A stretch of 64,000 nt of DNA, taken from positions 25 through 64,024 of the forward strand of contig CBFGXJ010000005.1 in NCBI GenBank assembly GCA_965652795.1, read 5' to 3'. The translations under genes were made by a program, and so were the position numbers. This stretch comes from an uncultured bacterium. GTDB lineage: Bacteria > Patescibacteriota > Saccharimonadia > Saccharimonadales > UBA4665. Positions 54,728-61,731 of this stretch are shown piece by piece. Position 1 is the first letter of the stretch; the number at the start of each line of letters is the position of its first letter. The notes beneath the pieces are model-generated. The model saw only the letters and a list, made by a program, of their open reading frames with translations. It made no database searches and was not told where the DNA came from.

Positions 54728-55696
54728 TTACTGCTCGTTGCTATTCTCGGGTTTAGCTTTTGGGTTCCGTCTAATGACCGTCTTAAAGCCCTCCCTATAC
54801 TCTTTCACGCCGCGGTATAACCGCGAGATAGCATTTCCAACGATCTTGATGTCTTCCTGGGATGCTTCACTGCGGGGCTTGCAATACGCCTTAATCAGAC
54901 GATCAGTCAGATAAGGCCGTCTTTCCATGTCGCTATGCTTGGCTGCATTGTTAACATTCTTGAGCCTCAGTGATGATATTATTGCCAGCTCACCCACCGG
55001 CACCACCAAAGTGCCCCAATGCTCACCCGCCCCCGTGACATGCGACTCGCATACGGTTATAGGGATCAGCCTGGCCTGCGATCTAATGCCATAGAGATGA
55101 TAATGCGTCATAAGGCCCTCACGGTAATCAGCGTCCTGCACACTGGCAGGCGCCGGAAAGGCGGCGATATCCGCCTCCGATCTACGGTTAGCCAAGCCGA
55201 GCACCAATGCCTCGTGCGTCTTCTGCCGAACCAAGTCATCCAACTGGCTGACAGTATTTGAGCCCTTCGTAAAGTCACTGATTACATCGATCACTTTCCT
55301 GGCCGTACCAGACTTGGCCGGATGAGGGGCATACCTGTCATTTCCCAACTGAACCGGGTCTAAGGACTCGCCCCGCGCAAGCGTTTCTACTATTCCCCAA
55401 GCTGCAGTCGTTAAACGGGCATCCAGCCAGTGCACGTCGCGGGCGGCGCGCAGCTCTGGGTTGGCTACATTCCGGTCCAGTACTGTCTTTGCGAAGGGTA
55501 CGGCCGCCTCGGTATCGGGTGAAGGTACTTTCTGCAGTACGTCACTTATAACGCGCCAGGCGCCTGTTTGGATGTCCTGCGGGCTGGCCGCAGGGTCACG
55601 GGCGAGATCGGGTAAATATGCATATCGTTCCGCTAGTGGTTGTATCATTGAAGCAGTATACCACTTGCAGGCAAAGTCAGGCATATCCGCCCGCAT
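54728..55696 (-). CDS. hypothetical protein (orphan, 322 aa), lower GC
   Basis: ATG at 55694..55696 has SD AGGAG 8 nt upstream. The longer ORF-track start would overlap the divergent ABC exporter gene. No motif recognised. Confidence 0.65.
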   Translation of the reverse strand: MRADMPDFACKWYTASMIQPLAERYAYLPDLARDPAASPQDIQTGAWRVISDVLQKVPSPDTEAAVPFAKTVLDRNVANPELRAARDVHWLDARLTTAAWGIVETLARGESLDPVQLGNDRYAPHPAKSGTARKVIDVISDFTKGSNTVSQLDDLVRQKTHEALVLGLANRRSEADIAAFPAPASVQDADYREGLMTHYHLYGIRSQARLIPITVCESHVTGAGEHWGTLVVPVGELAIISSLRLKNVNNAAKHSDMERRPYLTDRLIKAYCKPRSEASQEDIKIVGNAISRLYRGVKEYREGFKTVIRRNPKAKPENSNEQ

Positions 55697-55754
55697 AGTA
55701 TTTTCTCCTAGTCTACACCTGGATTTATCGGGCACCACCTGGCATGATAGGATA

Positions 55755-57578
55755 ATGGCAAAACCGTTAGTAGAACCACCCACTGACACGGCCGAAGAAC
55801 GCGAGCCTTTACGCGCCGGCGCTACCCTCGGCATCTATTGGCGCACCATCAGGCAGTATCCGCGAGATATGGCTTGGTGCACGCTGTATCCTATCGGCAT
55901 GGTGCTGCTTGGCGTCGGCGTGCCGTATTATATCGGGCGGCTGCTGGCAAATATCAGCAATCCGGCCGTAAACCTCAGGCAGTACCTGCTCATGCTGGCT
56001 ATCGTGTCTTTGGTCGGAATCGTCTGCCACCGGCTAGGCTTTGCCGGCATTTGGCGAATGCAAGCCAATGTATTGAGCGATCTGCAGCGGCAATCGCTGG
56101 ATATCCTGCTGCGGCGCAGCGCCGGCTTCCATAGCAATAATATCAGCGGCAAATTAGTCTCGGACGCGCTGGACTACCAGCAAGCCTACGCCCGTTTTAC
56201 GGCCGCCGCGTACATCGGTGCTTTGCCGTTCGCATTGATTTTAATTATCGGCCTCAGCGTCGTGATGTGGCATTCCTGGATGATGGGCGCCAGCCTTGCC
56301 ATCATCATGACCATTACTATCACCTGGGCCATTCTGGAAAGCCGCACACGGGCGGCCCTGCGCAACAGGCGGCTGGTTGCCACCAAGCGTGTCACCGGCC
56401 ATTTTTCCGACACGATCATAAACGCCCAGACGGTAAAGGCCTTCGCCGGCGAAACCAACGAAGACAAGCGCCACCTGCACCTCAACCATATTTTGCGTGA
56501 CTTGCGCGTCAAAGACTGGCTGCGGGCCAATCGCAGCAGCAACAACCGCATGGGCACGCTGCTCGTGTTCCAGATCGGCTTTATGGCCGGCGTGGTGTAC
56601 CTGGTGCAGCGCGACCCGGACCTGCTGGGGATCGGTATTTTTGCCTTTACTTACACTTTTATGCTCATCCAGCGCTTGTTTGAAGTCAACGTCCTGACCC
56701 GTGAGCTGGAAGAATCTCTGCTGCTGGCATCGCCCATGACCAACATTTACCTGCAGGATATCGAGGTGAAGGACGCGCCCGGCGCACCGGCGCTGCGGGC
56801 TACGGCCGGCGAGATCAAATTGGAAGACGTTCACTTCCGCTACGATAACGACCAACCGGCCGGCGAAGCCGTCTTTGAAGGCCTCAACATACATATCCGC
56901 CCCGGCGAGAAGATCGGCCTGGCCGGCCCGAGCGGCGGCGGGAAGTCCACTCTTACCCGTCTGCTGCTGCGGTTTGAAGATGTCACCAGCGGCCGCATTC
57001 TGATCGACGGTCAGGACATCTCAAAGGTTACCCAAACCAGCCTGCGCCAGCAGATCGCCTATGTCGCCCAGGAGCCGCTGCTCTTCCACCGCACCGTGCG
57101 CGAGAATATCGCCTACGGCCGCGCCGACGCCAGCGACGAGGCGGTCATCGCCGCGGCGCGCAAGGCGCACGCCCATGACTTCATCGAAAAACTGCCGCAA
57201 GGCTACGACACCATCGTGGGCGAACGCGGCGTGAAGCTCTCCGGCGGCCAACGCCAGCGGGTCGCCATTGCCCGGGCCATTTTAAAGGACGCACCGATCC
57301 TGATACTCGACGAAGCCACCAGCGCCCTCGACTCCGAAAGCGAATCTTTAGTCCAGGAGGCCCTCTGGCAGCTCATGAAGGGCCGCACTACGTTGGTCAT
57401 CGCCCACCGGCTCAGCACTATCCAAAAAATGGACCGCATCATCGTGCTTGAGAACGGCCGCATCACCGAAGAAGGCTCGCATGCAGCGCTGATCCGGCGC
57501 AAAGGCATGTACGCCCGGTTATGGAGCCACCAGTCGGGCGGCTTCTTGCAGGACGAAGAGGAAGATACCGCGGCATAG
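55755..57578 (+). CDS. ABC exporter, fused permease/ATPase (MsbA-like)
   Basis: Six-TM domain plus NBD with Walker A GPSGGGKST, signature LSGGQRQRVAIARA and Walker B ILILDEATSALD. Start at MAKPLVEPP (ATG 55755). The upstream 98 codons of the ORF are antisense to gene 54728..55696. Confidence 0.92.
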   Translation: MAKPLVEPPTDTAEEREPLRAGATLGIYWRTIRQYPRDMAWCTLYPIGMVLLGVGVPYYIGRLLANISNPAVNLRQYLLMLAIVSLVGIVCHRLGFAGIWRMQANVLSDLQRQSLDILLRRSAGFHSNNISGKLVSDALDYQQAYARFTAAAYIGALPFALILIIGLSVVMWHSWMMGASLAIIMTITITWAILESRTRAALRNRRLVATKRVTGHFSDTIINAQTVKAFAGETNEDKRHLHLNHILRDLRVKDWLRANRSSNNRMGTLLVFQIGFMAGVVYLVQRDPDLLGIGIFAFTYTFMLIQRLFEVNVLTRELEESLLLASPMTNIYLQDIEVKDAPGAPALRATAGEIKLEDVHFRYDNDQPAGEAVFEGLNIHIRPGEKIGLAGPSGGGKSTLTRLLLRFEDVTSGRILIDGQDISKVTQTSLRQQIAYVAQEPLLFHRTVRENIAYGRADASDEAVIAAARKAHAHDFIEKLPQGYDTIVGERGVKLSGGQRQRVAIARAILKDAPILILDEATSALDSESESLVQEALWQLMKGRTTLVIAHRLSTIQKMDRIIVLENGRITEEGSHAALIRRKGMYARLWSHQSGGFLQDEEEDTAA

Positions 57579-57580
57579 CA

Positions 57581-57610
57581 TAACGGCCGGACGATAACGC
57601 CCGGCCGTTA
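57581..57610. terminator. intrinsic terminator hairpin between convergent ABC exporter and rplY
   Basis: taacggccgg-N10-ccggccgtta: 10-bp stem followed by ttatt. Confidence 0.65.
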
Positions 57611-57667
57611 TTATTCTGCCCCAGGAAAAAGCAGCCATGGGGCCGCCCCTGCAACTACCCGGGCAGA

Positions 57668-58369
57668 TTACGCCTTGTCGCTGGCTTTGTCGGCCTCGCC
57701 TGAATCGGCTGCGGCGGCTTCGGCATCGGCTTCAGCGGTTTCTTCGGCGCTGGCATCTGTATCGACGGCGTCACCGCCGGCCGCATCGTTCGCTGCCGCC
57801 AAGGCGCTGGGCTCAAAGACGGTCGCCAAGACATGCTCGGGCTCGGCCTTAACCGTTACACCGCTCGGCACGGTCAAATCGGCAACGGTGGCTTGGTCGC
57901 CTACCGCTACCAATTTCTCGCCGCTGAAGGTCAAGGCGTCCGGCAAGTCGCGCGGCAGCGCCTCAACCTCTACCGACTCCAGCTGGTGCAGCACGATCAA
58001 ACCGGCGCGTTCAGCCGGACTGGCGTCGTTACCTTCGTCGTAGACGACATGCACCGGCACCTCCGCCGTAACCGGCTGATTGGCCTTAACGGCGTTAAAG
58101 ACGATGTGTGTCAACTTGTTTTTCTTCGGGTCGAAGGTCGCCTGCTTGATAAGTGCCGTGTAAGTGTGACCGCCGGCCTTCAAGCTGACTGGGTGGTGCT
58201 TACCGGCTTCGCGGTATACCCTGTACAGCTCGTTATACGGCGCCATTACGACGATCGACGCCTTGCCGTGGTCATGAATTACTGCCGGCACCTGGCCCTC
58301 GGCCCGCAGGCGCTTGACAGCCTTACCGGTTACATCACGTGTTGCAAGTTCTAGAAGTACCTTATCCAT
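57668..58369 (-). CDS. rplY: 50S ribosomal protein L25/general stress protein Ctc (Ala/Asp/Glu-rich tail)
   Basis: LRAEGQVPAVIHDHGKASIVV...HPVSLKAGGHTYTALIKQATFDP is the L25/Ctc two-domain pattern. Confidence 0.9.
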   Translation of the reverse strand: MDKVLLELATRDVTGKAVKRLRAEGQVPAVIHDHGKASIVVMAPYNELYRVYREAGKHHPVSLKAGGHTYTALIKQATFDPKKNKLTHIVFNAVKANQPVTAEVPVHVVYDEGNDASPAERAGLIVLHQLESVEVEALPRDLPDALTFSGEKLVAVGDQATVADLTVPSGVTVKAEPEHVLATVFEPSALAAANDAAGGDAVDTDASAEETAEADAEAAAADSGEADKASDKA

Positions 58370-58450
58370 TCTGTAATCTCCTTGTTAGCGTGCCCACTTG
58401 GTATCTAGTATAGCAAAGTATAGCCTGGGTGTGGTGGCGTCGGCCCTGAC

Positions 58451-58478
58451 TTTACAAAGACTAAAAGAATGGTACTAT
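58451..58478 (+). promoter_or_regulatory. promoter of P1 (TTTACA-16-TGGTACTAT), leaderless geometry
   Basis: -35 at 58451..58456 and extended -10 at 58470..58478. The ATG at 58487 is 8 nt downstream. The ORF-track ATG at 58469 lies inside the promoter. Confidence 0.55.
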
Positions 58479-58486
58479 ACATCATT

Positions 58487-59068
58487 ATGTCTGCACCCTT
58501 TCCCGGGCCTTACCTCCGTCCTCACGAACTTACGAATCTAACCGCCGCTTATACTCGCCCTGATTATATTCAAGCTTGTCGATTAGGCTTGTTGGTCAAC
58601 CGGCATCTTGAGCTTGCCAACCGCGACGAACGGATGTGGAGCGCAACTATAGACCCACAGGATCGACAATGGGATCCCCTTACGTTGGCCACGCCTAACG
58701 TTAAGATAGCCCCAACCTGGGATGCCTACCTTCAGTTCCACGTGCCCTCACACTTTGACCATCTTATGAGAACTGCCGAGTGGCTGCCCAAGGCCGATCT
58801 GCTCGTCCTCAGGCTTGGCGGGTTCGCCACCGAGATTCCCGAATCCATGGAAGGCTACACCGTAGATCCCATAACGTGGGCGGAAGTCTATTGCCAAAAA
58901 TCTCCGCAGCGCATCGACTCCGATGCGGATTTAAAAGACACCTCGCCACCCTATGCTGCATTCCATAATAACGGCGCCGGCTTGAAGAAAGCCCAAACCG
59001 AAACCGTCATCAGCATTCTAGGGCTCATGGCCCGTGCCTACGCCGCCCAGGACCAGGCCGGGGCCTAG
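58487..59068 (+). CDS. hypothetical protein P1 (193 aa), P-family paralog
   Basis: Aligns end to end with P4 and more weakly with P2 and P3 (see findings). Confidence 0.7.
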   Translation: MSAPFPGPYLRPHELTNLTAAYTRPDYIQACRLGLLVNRHLELANRDERMWSATIDPQDRQWDPLTLATPNVKIAPTWDAYLQFHVPSHFDHLMRTAEWLPKADLLVLRLGGFATEIPESMEGYTVDPITWAEVYCQKSPQRIDSDADLKDTSPPYAAFHNNGAGLKKAQTETVISILGLMARAYAAQDQAGA

Positions 59069-59130
59069 CTACATTTTTGCCGCATATCAAAAACGTTGGT
59101 ATAGTTATTACATTATTTTCCGGAGCAACC

Positions 59131-59751
59131 ATGCAGCATCTCACATCCCAAAATGCCGACTTAATCTGGAACACTCTGCCGCACTTTGTGCCCGAAGCAT
59201 ACTCGGATACTGATCCGCTGCGGCCGCGCCGGCTGTGGACAGTCATCGGCCGCCATACCATGCTGGCAAACAATTACCCGCATATGCGGCAATCTGCTAC
59301 CGATGATGAAGACGGACTGCGCTACTCTGATGCAATGCCGGAAGTCGTACTGGGCGACACGACAAGCGCCGTACTTGAGTTCGTCGCGCCGGAGGCCGCC
59401 CAGGAGCTAGAAGGCAGCCGGCACTGGCTGCGCGCCGCCGACAGCATAAATCTGACATTATTCGACTATGAGCAGCCCCTCTCATTGCCGCGCGGGGCCA
59501 TCATTACACGGGACCACAACGCGCCTGCCCGGGGCCAACAAGCACTTACTGTACGTTGTGCCCGCATGCTGCTGTCCGGCCTTTCGATTGGCGGCCCGCA
59601 ATCAGCAAATCTGCCAACAATCGGCCGCTTATACCACGCCCACTATGAAGACGGTACGCTGCTCAATCCCCGCAATGCCGAACAAGTTATCGGTGCACTG
59701 CAGCTGATGGCTGCGGCTTACCAAAAGGATATTGACAAACACGCAACATAG
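59131..59751 (+). CDS. hypothetical protein P2 (206 aa), P-family paralog
   Basis: ATG at 59131 with SD GGAG. TGGTATAGT box at 59097..59105. Family blocks RHTMLANNYPHM and AEQVIGALQLMAAAY. Confidence 0.65.
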   Translation: MQHLTSQNADLIWNTLPHFVPEAYSDTDPLRPRRLWTVIGRHTMLANNYPHMRQSATDDEDGLRYSDAMPEVVLGDTTSAVLEFVAPEAAQELEGSRHWLRAADSINLTLFDYEQPLSLPRGAIITRDHNAPARGQQALTVRCARMLLSGLSIGGPQSANLPTIGRLYHAHYEDGTLLNPRNAEQVIGALQLMAAAYQKDIDKHAT

Positions 59752-59767
59752 AAAGGAGTACTAAAAA

Positions 59768-60346
59768 ATGGCTTCAGAACAATATTTTTCCGAGCATCTA
59801 CTCAGAGAACTAATCAGCTCTGATGATAGCTGGCAGGGCCAATATCGCCAGGCCCAACGGCTAGGTAGCCAGGTTACGCGGATACTTAATAGCCTAAACC
59901 AAGATCCAGCAGCCTGGAAGTCCGAATACGTGAATGCCGATACCTCTGAATACGCGGGACAGGAAAGAACCTTTAAGGTGGCACCGCGCATAACCGCTAG
60001 CCTCGTGCCCTTTGTACTTGCCGATCACTCGTTACTGGCAGGTACGCCCGCTTGGCTCGCTGAAACGCATGAGATTACATTTACTCTCAGCCAGTACCAG
60101 CATGTCGTGCCCGATGACCTTACTGCATTCAGCGTAGACCCCCAGCACGAAACGCACCTCCTTTTGAGGCCGTTAGACCACACTAGCACCAGCGCCGTTC
60201 CTCCGGCCATTCCGGAGAAGCCGTATGTGGTCATATATGAAAACGAAATGGGCCTCAGGCCCGAATATACCGAAGTAGTCATTGGCACACTAGCCTGTAT
60301 TGCCGACCAAATGATCACCGCCCCGCCAACCGGCCAAAAGGGCTAG
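59768..60346 (+). CDS. hypothetical protein P3 (192 aa), P-family paralog
   Basis: SD AAAGGAG. Family blocks FKVAPRI...TPAWLAETHEITFTLSQY and TEVVIGTLACIADQM. Confidence 0.65.
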   Translation: MASEQYFSEHLLRELISSDDSWQGQYRQAQRLGSQVTRILNSLNQDPAAWKSEYVNADTSEYAGQERTFKVAPRITASLVPFVLADHSLLAGTPAWLAETHEITFTLSQYQHVVPDDLTAFSVDPQHETHLLLRPLDHTSTSAVPPAIPEKPYVVIYENEMGLRPEYTEVVIGTLACIADQMITAPPTGQKG

Positions 60347-60381
60347 ACGCCGCCAGCCAAACAAGGTAGGCTATAAGGGAT

Positions 60382-61071
60382 ATGCTAGATGTTACCGGAT
60401 GGCTTGAGGGCGCGAGCGTCCTCACTGGACTCTTGATACTTGGCGCGATCGTCTTTGCCGAGTCGGGCTTGTTGGTCGGCTTCTTTTTGCCTGGTGATAC
60501 GCTGTTATTTACGGCTGGCTTCTTTGCTGCGCAGGGTAAGCTGCCAATTGCGCTGGTCCTGCTGGTGATCTTCGTGGCAGCCGTGGTGGGCGATAATGTC
60601 GGCTACACCATCGGCCGGCGAATGGGTCCGCGCCTGTTCCGCAAAAAAGACGGTATTCTCTTCCGCCAGGCATATGTGGCCCGCGCCGAGGAATTCTATG
60701 AAAAACACGGCGGCAAAACCATTATCCTAGCCCGCTTTATCCCTGTCGTGCGCACCTTCGCGCCGCTGGTTGCCGGCGTGGGCAAGATGCCGCGGGCGCG
60801 CTTCACCTTCTACAACTTCTTGGGGGCCTTCATTTGGACCTTCGGTGTCGTATTATTGGGCTACTTTTTGGGCAGTCTGGTCGACCCGCACACGGTTGAG
60901 AAATATCTGCTGCTGGCAATCGGCCTGGCAATGCTTATTACGGTCGGTCCAGCCGTGTACCATCTGATTATGGAGCCGCGCGTCCGGCGTTTCGTCGTTA
61001 ACCAGTTCCGGCGTTTGGCCGGCAAAAAGCCGCTGCCGCAAGAATCGTCAGACCCGACTCCCAAGCCGTAA
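60382..61071 (+). CDS. dedA: DedA family membrane protein
   Basis: GFFLPGDTLLFTAGFFA, GRF.PVVRTFAP and G.F.W are DedA/SNARE-associated motifs. Confidence 0.9.
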   Translation: MLDVTGWLEGASVLTGLLILGAIVFAESGLLVGFFLPGDTLLFTAGFFAAQGKLPIALVLLVIFVAAVVGDNVGYTIGRRMGPRLFRKKDGILFRQAYVARAEEFYEKHGGKTIILARFIPVVRTFAPLVAGVGKMPRARFTFYNFLGAFIWTFGVVLLGYFLGSLVDPHTVEKYLLLAIGLAMLITVGPAVYHLIMEPRVRRFVVNQFRRLAGKKPLPQESSDPTPKP

Positions 61072-61097
61072 TCCGGACGTATGCAAAGCAGCTCCCT

Positions 61098-61712
61098 ATG
61101 CATTCTCGTTCTGCCGACCCATTTCTACGCAATAATTTGCTTGTCGACCTAGCATCGGCTACCAATACACACAATGAACACCAGGCACGTGAGCTGGGTA
61201 AGGTTGTACGGCGGCACGTACTACTAGCAAATCAACATACCGACATGTGGGTTCCCACAGGCGCCCAAGACCCTGAGCTGTGGCAGAATTTGACAAGCAG
61301 TACCCCATACGTAAAAGTAGCGCCCAAGTGGGAAGGATACCTGCAGTTCAGCGTGGCAGGGACTTTTAATTATCTTCAGCGTACCCCGGCCTGGTTGCCG
61401 AAGTCTGACATACTTTTACTACGGCTTAGCGGCTTTGAAAGCGACATACCCGAAGATACGAGTAGCTTCTGGGAAGAGCCGACTCGGGCAACAGAGGTCT
61501 ACTGCATGCGCTCCCCGAACCGACTTGATTCCGACCCTGATGCGCGGGTCCAGCCGCCGCCGCACACGGCGTTCAACGAAGAAGGTACGGCCTTGACCAA
61601 CGACCAAACCCGTACCGTTATAGATATCCTTCGTCTCATGGCCGACCGCTATGAGCATGGATCTACTAACACTACACCGCCGGACGGACCACGCCTTAGA
61701 ATCGTCCAGTAA
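61098..61712 (+). CDS. hypothetical protein P4 (204 aa), P-family paralog
   Basis: VKVAPKWEGYLQFSVAGTFNYLQRTPAWLPKSDILLLRLSGFESDIPE aligns with P1 VKIAPTWDAYLQFHVPSHFDHLMRTAEWLPKADLLVLRLGGFATEIPE. Confidence 0.7.
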   Translation: MHSRSADPFLRNNLLVDLASATNTHNEHQARELGKVVRRHVLLANQHTDMWVPTGAQDPELWQNLTSSTPYVKVAPKWEGYLQFSVAGTFNYLQRTPAWLPKSDILLLRLSGFESDIPEDTSSFWEEPTRATEVYCMRSPNRLDSDPDARVQPPPHTAFNEEGTALTNDQTRTVIDILRLMADRYEHGSTNTTPPDGPRLRIVQ

Positions 61713-61731
61713 CCCGAACGCATGCAGCCGA

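Noticed and set aside
55461-55754. N-terminal 98-codon extension of the ABC exporter ORF, and the matching 46-codon extension of ORF 54728 up to 55834.
   Set aside because: The extensions are antisense to each other. The exporter family N-terminus and TM1 begin after MAKPLVEPP (55755), and ORF 54728 has a strong SD at the internal ATG (55696).
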